A stretch of 64,000 nt of DNA from Candidatus Micrarchaeota archaeon (GTDB lineage: Archaea > Micrarchaeota > Micrarchaeia > Micrarchaeales > CABMGC01). Shown piece after piece: positions 33,287-42,035 of this stretch. The DNA lies in contig DAHWXM010000014.1 in NCBI GenBank assembly GCA_027334165.1, forward strand, positions 9,437-73,436, read 5' to 3'. A program made the position numbers and the translations under genes. Within the stretch, counting starts at the first letter, position 1. Each line of letters opens with the position of its first letter. The notes beneath the pieces are model-generated. The model was given only the letters and a program-made list of their open reading frames with translations. It ran no database searches and was not told where the DNA came from.

Positions 33287-34606
33287 ATGTTTGTGAAGGA
33301 TGACGATTTTTACGACCTTGAAATGAGCGTTTTCAGCGCCCTGGAGGGCAAGCTCTCCAACATGACCTCCAAGGCCGAGACCGAGGAGTACATAACAAGG
33401 GTCATCAAGTCCATACACCCCAGCTCCTCGAAGGAAGAAACGGACCGCATAATCAGGGACGCGACGGATTTCGGCGCACTGGCAAAGTACCTGGAGGATG
33501 AGGACATTGAGGACATAATGGTCAACAACACGTCCAATATATTCGTATACTCTGCAAGGCTCGGAGAGGTCAAGGCTCCTGAAAAGGTGGAGGACAAGGA
33601 GGAGCTCAGCCTTCTCGTGGCCAAGATGAAGATGTTCAACACCACGGCCTTCGCGAACAGGAACATATTCGACGTTCATCTTCCAAACGGCTCCCGCGCC
33701 AACATAGTGTCCTCCCCGGTCGGAGCCGACATCACGATAAGGAACTTCAAGAACCGAGCGCTCAGCATCATAGACCTTGTGAACGCGGGGGAGCTGAGCT
33801 ACAGCCTCGCCGCGCGGCTGTGGATATACGCAGAAGGAATGAAGGTCAGGCCCGCCAACCTGCTCATAGGGGGGATGCCTGCCAGCGGAAAGACCACGCT
33901 CCTGAATGCGATGTTCAGCTTCTTCAGGCCGGAGACCAGGGTCGTGGTCATAGAGGAAACGTACGAGCTGAACACGGAAACGCAGGAGAACTGCGTCAGG
34001 CTTGAAACGAGCGCGGACGTTCCCATGACCGAGCTCGTGAAGAACACGCTGCGTATGCGCCCCGACATGATAATCATAGGGGAAGTGCGCGGTGCTGAAG
34101 CCAATGACATGATGACCGCGATGAACATAGGGAAGGTGTGCATGAGCACCATACACGCCAGCACCGGACGTGATGTCATAACCAGGCTGCAGCACGCGCC
34201 CATGGAGGTCGAGAAGGACATAATACCGCTTATAGACTCGATAATAATCACCTCAAGGGTCAACACCGGCGAGCGCTACGAGCGCAAGGTTACGCAGGTG
34301 TCAGAGATTTCCGGAATAGAGACGCAGGTGCTCCTCTCCGACCTGTTCACTTACGATTACAAGACACGGAAGAGCAGCGACATACTGCCGAGCATAACCT
34401 ACAGGGACATACTCTCGAACGTCACGGGATACAGCCCGAACCAGATAATACTCGAAGAAAAAAGGAGGGCGAAGGTGCTGGAGAAGCTCAACGAGATGGG
34501 AGTAAGGGACCTCAAGGGCATAAACCAGTTCTGCAAGGAGTATTACGATAACCAGGATCACGCACTGAACAGGATAGGCCTGAGGGCCTTAGGCACTCCG
34601 GAGTGA
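33287..34606 (+). CDS. Type II/IV secretion-family ATPase (archaeal PilB/FlaI/VirB11-like)
   Basis: Walker A GGMPASGKTT, Walker B VVVIEE, PDMIIIGEVRGAEA and STIHAS boxes. ATG 33287 follows a TATA-like TTTATTAAATTTAA. Confidence 0.85.
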   Translation: MFVKDDDFYDLEMSVFSALEGKLSNMTSKAETEEYITRVIKSIHPSSSKEETDRIIRDATDFGALAKYLEDEDIEDIMVNNTSNIFVYSARLGEVKAPEKVEDKEELSLLVAKMKMFNTTAFANRNIFDVHLPNGSRANIVSSPVGADITIRNFKNRALSIIDLVNAGELSYSLAARLWIYAEGMKVRPANLLIGGMPASGKTTLLNAMFSFFRPETRVVVIEETYELNTETQENCVRLETSADVPMTELVKNTLRMRPDMIIIGEVRGAEANDMMTAMNIGKVCMSTIHASTGRDVITRLQHAPMEVEKDIIPLIDSIIITSRVNTGERYERKVTQVSEISGIETQVLLSDLFTYDYKTRKSSDILPSITYRDILSNVTGYSPNQIILEEKRRAKVLEKLNEMGVRDLKGINQFCKEYYDNQDHALNRIGLRALGTPE

Positions 34607-34623
34607 AGAAATTAGGAGATTGG

Positions 34624-35463
34624 ATGAAACAAAATATAGGATTAGTAGATAGATTGTTTCAATATCGTGTTTTGGAATTATATGAAGCAATTACAGATTT
34701 TGTAATGTCTAGAGGAGACAGAATTAGGGTTGGTTTATTATACCTTGGACTTATTAAAAAAGCTAAAATAAATACTAAGGATGGAAATATAGTTGTTAAT
34801 TCACTTAGAGAGTATAGAATTGCCTTTGATAGGTATTACAAAAAGAAAGTGAACATTGCATTCCTGATAAAAATTGCTAGAATGGAGTATGGATGGTTAA
34901 ACGTCAGGAATAAAAAGGTAGTTGATATCGGAGCAAATGTTGGTGATACTGCAATTTATTTTGCAAAAGAGGGTGCCATACATGTTTATGCATATGAACC
35001 ATATCCATTTTTGTTTAATAAGGCAAGGAAAAATGTCAGAAATTCCGGGTACAGTACTAAAATAACATTAAATAATGCTGCTGTTTTGGATAGAGAGGGA
35101 ACTTTACGTATCAGAGAGGATTATAAAGCAGATGGAGGGACAGATCTTAAAAAATTTGAGACTGGAAAATTAATACAGCTAATTACGTTAAGTAGCATTA
35201 TAACAAAAACAAATATAAGTAATGGTGTACTAAAGTTAGATTGTGAAGGTTCAGAATATCAAATTTTATTAAGAGCAAAAATTTCAGATCTTAGGAAATT
35301 TGATCAAATAGCATTAGAATATCACTATGGTTACTTAAATTTAAAAAATAAACTCGAGGAAGCGGGATTTCAGGTAAGGAATACAAGACCTAGAAAGGTT
35401 TACAATACACAAGCAACAAATCCATATATGAAAGTAGGTTTGATGTTTGCAAAACGATTATGA
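34624..35463 (+). CDS. FkbM-family methyltransferase
   Basis: VVDIGANVGDTAIYFAKEG ... VYAYEPYPFLF. AGGAG lies 6 nt upstream of ATG 34624. Confidence 0.7.
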   Translation: MKQNIGLVDRLFQYRVLELYEAITDFVMSRGDRIRVGLLYLGLIKKAKINTKDGNIVVNSLREYRIAFDRYYKKKVNIAFLIKIARMEYGWLNVRNKKVVDIGANVGDTAIYFAKEGAIHVYAYEPYPFLFNKARKNVRNSGYSTKITLNNAAVLDREGTLRIREDYKADGGTDLKKFETGKLIQLITLSSIITKTNISNGVLKLDCEGSEYQILLRAKISDLRKFDQIALEYHYGYLNLKNKLEEAGFQVRNTRPRKVYNTQATNPYMKVGLMFAKRL

Positions 35464-35556
35464 AATTGGCAAATTAGAAGTGCGACCATAAAATTTATCT
35501 GTATAAATAGGTTATATCTTTTAACTGAAATCTAACGGATATATATAGGTAATTTT

Positions 35557-36684
35557 TTGATTAAAGTCGCGATCTTTACTAAATCTTCAATACATTCGTA
35601 CTCTGGAACCACGCGTTATATAATAAATTTAATAAAAAACTTATACGGAGTCAACGCCACAGTTTTCTATTTGGCTAATAAACAAGATAATAATGCACCG
35701 ATTTCTCACATTGGAAGTTCTGAGACGATAGCATATAATTCATATATATTGCCAATTACAAAGGAATTAATACCCACTATGAGCTATTGGAAGGCGCTAT
35801 ATAAACTAAAAAACTTCGATGTTTTATATAGCGTAGAACCCGATATTTTACCAGTACTCTTATTGTTATTAGTTTCTAAAGTATATAATAAGAAATTAAT
35901 TATCTGTACATCTAAAACACGGAAAAGACCTTTGCGCAAGTCATTGCTTAGATACATATTGATATTTCCTTATTCGGTATTAAAAGATTTTACAGTTAGT
36001 TTAGTTAGTAATTTGCACGTTTTCAATCAAGAGGATTTCAAATATGCTAAGGCAAAGTATAGAAATAGTAAAATATTTTATATCCCACACTTTTTGGTCG
36101 ACAAAAAGAGAATCAAAGTAAACTGTAGTAAAACATTTATAGTGTTATATGTTGGGAGATTGGATACCAACCAAAAACAGATAGAATTGTTGGCAAAAAT
36201 AGTCAAAGAGGTCATAGCAAAGAATACAGATATTAAATTTCACATAGTCGGAGATGGGGAAGGGAAAAATATAGTTGTTGAGTTGGAAAAAGAAAATAAG
36301 AAAAACGTGAAATATTTGGGTACAATTAATGATATTAAATTAAAACACGAATATAATATAGCTAATTTATTTCTGTTTCCTTCCAAATGGGAGGATTTTG
36401 GTATTTCCTTGCTGGAAGCCCAAAGCCGGGGAATTCCTGCGATAGCTTTTAACGTACGGGGGCCGAGGGAGATAATTAAAACTCACACACAGGGTACATT
36501 GATAAAACCATTTGAGTACAAAAGAATGGAGAATGAGATAATTAATAGATATTATTCTTGGAAAACGAATAGAAAGAAATATTTAGAGGATAAGAACAAG
36601 ATAAGTAAAATTGCATTTAAAAAATGGGGTATAGAAACTATAATGCCTAAACTAATAGATATGTTTACTTCTATAGTTAAGTAG
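35557..36684 (+). CDS. Glycosyltransferase, GT4 (GT-B) family
   Basis: C-terminal EDFGISLLEAQSRGIPAIAF (E-x7-E region). TTG start. Confidence 0.75.
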   Translation: MIKVAIFTKSSIHSYSGTTRYIINLIKNLYGVNATVFYLANKQDNNAPISHIGSSETIAYNSYILPITKELIPTMSYWKALYKLKNFDVLYSVEPDILPVLLLLLVSKVYNKKLIICTSKTRKRPLRKSLLRYILIFPYSVLKDFTVSLVSNLHVFNQEDFKYAKAKYRNSKIFYIPHFLVDKKRIKVNCSKTFIVLYVGRLDTNQKQIELLAKIVKEVIAKNTDIKFHIVGDGEGKNIVVELEKENKKNVKYLGTINDIKLKHEYNIANLFLFPSKWEDFGISLLEAQSRGIPAIAFNVRGPREIIKTHTQGTLIKPFEYKRMENEIINRYYSWKTNRKKYLEDKNKISKIAFKKWGIETIMPKLIDMFTSIVK

Positions 36685-37828
36685 AGTTTATTTTAGTTAA
36701 CATTTCAAAGAATTTTGGCGTAACAACAGCCTTATCAAAATTCTTTTTTAATAATTTGCGTTTGGCCATTCGAGTTTTTAGCGAAAATGCGCGATTTTGT
36801 TTTTTATAGAATAGTTTCTTTAAAATTATTAGATAGTTTTCTGGCATGTTTCTATCAATAGTGTGTATTTTTAGTCCTGTCGCAGAGATATCTGTACAGG
36901 CAGGGTTATCGAGGCAGATAACCTCTAATCCTGAAGCAAATGCTTCTAGTATTTTTAATCCAAAACCTTCTACCGAAGTTACTGCCAACACGTCTGCTTT
37001 TGACAAAAGTATGCGTTTTGTTTTATCTGTCACCATCCCATAGTTCTTGATATTTTTATATGATTTAGAAAGTGTAATTAACTCATCTGGCATAGATTTG
37101 CCAATAAACCAGAATTCAAAATCTTCCATAATATTTTTTTCTATTGCGTTGTGTATTATCTTCGCCATGAGCATGGCATTTTTTTCTATGCCTCCGATAT
37201 GTAGTACACGAAGCTTCTTGGAATTATTTTTAGTTACCGAAAATTCATTTGTGTCTATGAATAGAGGGATATAAAAGATCTTTTGTGCACGTATGTGTAA
37301 GTTTTTTATTATATAATATTTTTGTTGTGAATTTTCTACAAGAAAATATAGAGTATCTAAAAAGGCCGTGCCGCGAAGTTTAAAAAGCGTGCGAATAACA
37401 CCATCCAGGAGGTTAGAAAGTACTCTGTGATTTTGAGAATGCTCACCGGCATACAAATGCATGTTCCATGCACCTATAATATATTTAGTAGTTGTAGGCT
37501 TAGTTAGGATATTGGTAATATAATAATATGGACTATATGGTAAAAATACTATACGATTGGTTGGCAAATTAAAGTAATAGAACATGGAATAGTAGTAATT
37601 TTTAAAAAATATGAAATTAATTGATTTTTTGTTAATAATAGAATACTGCAGTTCTATATCTTTATAATCCTTGCGAAGTTTATTGTGGTTATCAAATACT
37701 TTTGTAGGTACAAGTAATTCTACATCAACATCTGAGTTTTTTAGATAGGAAGCATATTCGTATATTAGTTTTTCAGTAGCACTAACACTATATTTTATAT
37801 CTAAAGGAGTTAAAAGAGACACACGCAT
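36677..37828 (-). CDS. Glycosyltransferase, GT4 (GT-B) family
   Basis: VEGFGLKILEAFASGLEVICL motif. Confidence 0.7.
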   Translation of the reverse strand: MRVSLLTPLDIKYSVSATEKLIYEYASYLKNSDVDVELLVPTKVFDNHNKLRKDYKDIELQYSIINKKSINFIFFKNYYYSMFYYFNLPTNRIVFLPYSPYYYITNILTKPTTTKYIIGAWNMHLYAGEHSQNHRVLSNLLDGVIRTLFKLRGTAFLDTLYFLVENSQQKYYIIKNLHIRAQKIFYIPLFIDTNEFSVTKNNSKKLRVLHIGGIEKNAMLMAKIIHNAIEKNIMEDFEFWFIGKSMPDELITLSKSYKNIKNYGMVTDKTKRILLSKADVLAVTSVEGFGLKILEAFASGLEVICLDNPACTDISATGLKIHTIDRNMPENYLIILKKLFYKKQNRAFSLKTRMAKRKLLKKNFDKAVVTPKFFEMLTKINST

Positions 37829-37840
37829 TATATCACAAGA

Positions 37841-38704
37841 TTAATGTAACTTTATATAAAGTTCAGATGTTGATATATATTCTTGATTAGTGAGATTTTT
37901 GTCATACCTATAAACCCCGAGGAGCATAGCTATGAAAAAGGCAGTAGTATAAATAGTTAGATACAAGATAAAATATGCAATGCCGTGTCCAGTCAAAGAC
38001 GGTATAAGGTGTTTTTTTGAGTCTTCGATTTTTTGTTTACTTATAGAATTATTTAGAAATTGTATAGGACCGTTAAAAGCATAACCTCTTTCGGAATCTA
38101 TAAGACATCGGAATAATCGAATGTACTTATAGAACCCTTTTGCATATCGAAATTGGCGTTTAGCAATAGACACATTTGGACCTAGATCGCCCACATAATC
38201 ATATATTTTGTTGTGGTCGAAATAGTACAGTTTTACTCCGGAGGATATTGCATTTGCAGCGTGTTCCACTTCTTCGGCAAAAATAAGATTTTTCCAGGGA
38301 ACTTTTCTATGAGTCGAAACAGTACCTAAATTGCCAATTGCAAAAAAGATGTCGGGTTTCAGTGAGCGAGTAGATTTTTTAATATAAGCTATTCCTTTAT
38401 CAGTAAGTACGGTGTCAAGGTCGATATAGAAGACGGGATCGGAATTGTGAGCTTTATTTAATACCATGTCTAACGCCAACCCGCGACCTTTCCCAAGAGT
38501 GCATTTCTTCTGGATTACAGTTATTTGTTTATAGTTAAGTAGTTTTTCGTATGTACCATCGGTGGAATAATTATCTACAACAAAAAGTTTGTAAGGCGCT
38601 AAAGGTTCTAAAGATTTTATACTTTCTTCTATAGTATTACAGTTGTTATAAACTGAAGAATATATGTATAGAATAATATCACCGGAGTGCGTAGTCCAAT
38701 ACAA
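37841..38704 (-). CDS. Glycosyltransferase, GT2 (GT-A) family
   Basis: N-terminal IYSSVYNNCNTIEESIKSL ... FVVDNYSTDGTYEKL (DxD-type GT2 signature). Confidence 0.7.
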   Translation of the reverse strand: MYWTTHSGDIILYIYSSVYNNCNTIEESIKSLEPLAPYKLFVVDNYSTDGTYEKLLNYKQITVIQKKCTLGKGRGLALDMVLNKAHNSDPVFYIDLDTVLTDKGIAYIKKSTRSLKPDIFFAIGNLGTVSTHRKVPWKNLIFAEEVEHAANAISSGVKLYYFDHNKIYDYVGDLGPNVSIAKRQFRYAKGFYKYIRLFRCLIDSERGYAFNGPIQFLNNSISKQKIEDSKKHLIPSLTGHGIAYFILYLTIYTTAFFIAMLLGVYRYDKNLTNQEYISTSELYIKLH

Positions 38705-39878
38705 TTTTCCATTTTGATTTTATTTTAGTTTCAGTTAGGTGCTTTATAGGTTCGTGTGCAGCTTGTTGTATATGGAATAATAATTTCGTATCATTATTAA
38801 GTTCATATATATGGGTATAAAATAGGTTTATATCATCTTCTACTATGGCATTTTCTCGGTTTCGCACATTATATCCTTCGAAAGCGAGAGACGTGCCTAT
38901 TGTTGGTTTTTTATATAGGAAGTAGTCCATAATTTTATTCTTCATTCCAGTACCGGTGACTATGGGAGCTATACATAGATCGACAGTATCGAAGAATTTT
39001 TTAATATCTGGCACATAACCAACGTATTGTATATTCTTATGTTTAAGTTTAGGGCAACCGGTTCCGGCTATTAAAAAAATTTGTTTAGGGCACAATGGGG
39101 CTATTTTAGTTTCAATCAGATTTATTGCTTCCCTATTAGGCCAAAATGAGTATGCCCCAATAAATGCTACTCTTTTTATAGAGGTTATTTTTTTAGGATG
39201 CTTTAGATCTTTTTTGTCTACTGAAACGGGTGGAATTACAAAGATTTTTTTTGAGTGTTGAATTAAGCGTAATATGGCCTTTTTATCTAGATTTGTAGGG
39301 GTAATTATTGCATCAGAAACTGCAATTGTTTTGTTATATAAAGTTGAAGAATAGCGTACATATTTTCGTTTTAAACGGGTTAATAATACAGGGGGTACAA
39401 ACTTTCTAATCGTATTTGGTATAGAATAGATTGAATTGAAAGACGTAAGGATTATTTTAGGTTCATCAGAATACGAAATTATCTTAACAGAATTATGTAT
39501 AGATTTGTATTTTGCTAATATATGAGGGAGTATAAAGTCCCCATGAACTATAATGTCAGGGTTTTCATTTGAAAGAGCTTCAAGCATTTTGACGTTGTTA
39601 TTTAATTGCATTATAGAACGTTTATAGCCGAACAGGAACAGGGTTAAAAAATCTATAAGTCTGAGTACGCTAAGACCTTCTTCTGGATATTGTTGCTTTA
39701 TTGTATATTCTTTTAATCCATCTCTTGTGAGAACATGGCCGTTGTCATTACCGAAGCTAAGGAGTTGTACTTCATAGCCTAAATCAGAGAATATCTTAGC
39801 GGATGCAAGAAGAGGTTTTTCATAACCAGAACGATTAGTATGGAGAGGTTTATACCCCAATATTACTATTTTTGCCAT
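38679..39878 (-). CDS. Glycosyltransferase-like protein (GT-B fold, divergent)
   Basis: Rossmann-like start MAKIVILGYKP and size and position in the GT cluster. ATG 39878 preferred over 39923. Confidence 0.5.
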   Translation of the reverse strand: MAKIVILGYKPLHTNRSGYEKPLLASAKIFSDLGYEVQLLSFGNDNGHVLTRDGLKEYTIKQQYPEEGLSVLRLIDFLTLFLFGYKRSIMQLNNNVKMLEALSNENPDIIVHGDFILPHILAKYKSIHNSVKIISYSDEPKIILTSFNSIYSIPNTIRKFVPPVLLTRLKRKYVRYSSTLYNKTIAVSDAIITPTNLDKKAILRLIQHSKKIFVIPPVSVDKKDLKHPKKITSIKRVAFIGAYSFWPNREAINLIETKIAPLCPKQIFLIAGTGCPKLKHKNIQYVGYVPDIKKFFDTVDLCIAPIVTGTGMKNKIMDYFLYKKPTIGTSLAFEGYNVRNRENAIVEDDINLFYTHIYELNNDTKLLFHIQQAAHEPIKHLTETKIKSKWKIVLDYALR

Positions 39879-39940
39879 TTTAGCATTATCAATAGGTAAA
39901 TTAATATAAACAGTATATATCAATTTAACTAAGTGAAAGA

Positions 39941-40957
39941 ATGGCCAATAATGCAGTTGAATTACTTACACTTAGCCGTTTTGAAGCAAATAATTCTCAA
40001 GGAATTCCGAGATACGTAAATGAACTTTATAAAGAAGTAAAGACTAGGATGCCTATCGAAAAACGTATAATCAAATATAATAAAATACTTAGAGATTTAG
40101 CATCTTTTGAATTAGGTACATTCTTACAGCAAAATAAAGGCTGTCAGATAATACATAATCCTGTGGGTTTCTTTATTGCTAGAGGATTACACGACCCCCA
40201 CAGTTACATCACTACTATGCACGATTTAAATCCGTTCTTTAAAAATATATCTGAAAAAGTTTTTCATATAATGTTTGAACGGAGTATTGAATATAACATA
40301 AAAAGATCAAAATTTATAATTGCAAATTCTACACAAACAAAACAGGAATTATTAGAGCGTGGATACCCTTCAAAACAGATGACAGTAATAAACTTGGGCT
40401 TAGACAATAGATTCCTTTTAGACCGTGAAAAAAGCATTGTTGGAAAGTTTATGGTTGGATATGTTGGCTCTTTTGCGGAAAATAAAAATGTTGGGGCGTT
40501 GATTGACGCATTTTCCAATTTTAATGATTCAAATGCAGTACTTGAACTTTGGGGGAAACCTGCACATAAGTTTAAAGAATTGCGCAAAAAGTCATGTAGG
40601 GATAAACGAATTTCTTTTAAGGGCATTGCACCAGAGTCCAGGATTGTAGAAATATATGATACCTTTGATGTATTAGTGTATCCAAGTCTCTATGAAGGTT
40701 TTGGACTCTCGATTTTAGAAGCGCAGGCAAGGGGTTTGCCTGTAATAATATATAAAAAATCTAGGATTCCTAAAGAGGTAAGGAAGTTTTGCATAGAAGT
40801 TGAAGACCAGGTCCATCTAACTTCTGTTTTATTGGACATAAAAGAAAATGGATATAACAATGTAATACAGAAAAAAGCAATGGCATATGCCAGAGCATTT
40901 ACTTGGAATAGAACAGCCGTAGAAACCATTAAAGTATATGAGAAGTTGCTTGAATAA
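39941..40957 (+). CDS. Glycosyltransferase, GT4 (GT-B) family
   Basis: SLYEGFGLSILEAQARGLPVII motif. Confidence 0.75.
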   Translation: MANNAVELLTLSRFEANNSQGIPRYVNELYKEVKTRMPIEKRIIKYNKILRDLASFELGTFLQQNKGCQIIHNPVGFFIARGLHDPHSYITTMHDLNPFFKNISEKVFHIMFERSIEYNIKRSKFIIANSTQTKQELLERGYPSKQMTVINLGLDNRFLLDREKSIVGKFMVGYVGSFAENKNVGALIDAFSNFNDSNAVLELWGKPAHKFKELRKKSCRDKRISFKGIAPESRIVEIYDTFDVLVYPSLYEGFGLSILEAQARGLPVIIYKKSRIPKEVRKFCIEVEDQVHLTSVLLDIKENGYNNVIQKKAMAYARAFTWNRTAVETIKVYEKLLE

Positions 40958-40979
40958 GATCTTGAAAGCACTAGAAAAG

Positions 40980-41984
40980 TTAATTAGATAGAATATTGAA
41001 TTTGGAATTCTTGCTATTTGTGTAAAGTGTTTTAGCGTTTAAAAAAAGCTTATTAGATAGAGTTATTTTTTCTCTATGATTCAATTCGAAGTACCAAGAA
41101 ATTCCATTAGTTATCGCAGATTTATTTAATGGCACAATCAAATGTTTGTCCACATTGCATATTATTTCCTTGCTACCAGTCCATTCGGAAACCAAGGCAG
41201 GCAATCCACCAAGCATGGCCTCAATTACGCTGACTGGAAATGCATCACCTCTCCCAAGATGAATGTATAATGAATGTTCTTTGATGGGTTTTACAATGTC
41301 ATCAACATAGCCTAGTAACTTAACACCGGCCATTTTTTTAGGATCTTTTTCAATGCCCGTTATCTTTCCGATGATAGTCAATTCTGCATCCGGCCATATT
41401 TTTTTTATTGTCTTAAATGAATCTAATAGTAAATCCACTCCCTTGTAGTAAGCATCTTGTTTGCCTATAAAAAGTAATTTGTGGGAATCAAGTTTTGGCA
41501 CGAGGTTAGAAGTTTTTAATAGAGTTTTTACTAGATCCGGATTAGGAAGAGGATACTTGACAATAGTCTTTGCATTAGGAAGTAATTCTTTTAGCAGTTC
41601 CTCTTCCATTTTACCCATACATATAAATTCGTCTACTTCTCTTAGCATTTGAATTGCAAAGAATCTTTTTACCCCACTAATATCTCCTATCTTAAGATAG
41701 TATAACAACGGGCTAGCAAGAATGTTTATTATTTTAGCATTTTTTATTAAGCCCATTTTCTTTGCTAACGCAGGTATTATGTAGGTCCCTTCGCAAAGAT
41801 ATACATCGAAATTTCGTGGTAGCGTTAAAACGGCAATGGAAATTTTTATAGAATCTAAAATGAAATTGAAAATTCCCTTTTTACTGGATTTTAATCTAGG
41901 GGATGGAAAAAATTTGGCATTGACTTGTCTAGCTAACCTTGCATGTGCAGGATGGGGGTCATAATATAAGAATAATGTTTTCAT
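40980..41984 (-). CDS. Glycosyltransferase, GT4 (GT-B) family
   Basis: GDAFPVSVIEAMLGGLPALVSEWTG motif. Confidence 0.7.
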   Translation of the reverse strand: MKTLFLYYDPHPAHARLARQVNAKFFPSPRLKSSKKGIFNFILDSIKISIAVLTLPRNFDVYLCEGTYIIPALAKKMGLIKNAKIINILASPLLYYLKIGDISGVKRFFAIQMLREVDEFICMGKMEEELLKELLPNAKTIVKYPLPNPDLVKTLLKTSNLVPKLDSHKLLFIGKQDAYYKGVDLLLDSFKTIKKIWPDAELTIIGKITGIEKDPKKMAGVKLLGYVDDIVKPIKEHSLYIHLGRGDAFPVSVIEAMLGGLPALVSEWTGSKEIICNVDKHLIVPLNKSAITNGISWYFELNHREKITLSNKLFLNAKTLYTNSKNSKFNILSN

Positions 41985-42035
41985 GAAAATGGCACATTGT
42001 TCTAATTCTTAAATATTAATAGCATATATATAGCC

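Noticed and set aside
33164-34195. 343-aa minus-strand ORF. Similar long antisense ORFs occur at 6320..7228, 4447..5328, 18719..19456, 28472..29089, 59400..60119 and 60964..61884.
   Set aside because: Each overlaps a gene on the opposite strand with clear family motifs (secretion ATPase, ROK kinase, ABC permease, speH/speE, L31e, rpoL/DUF99). Long antisense ORFs are expected in GC-rich coding DNA.
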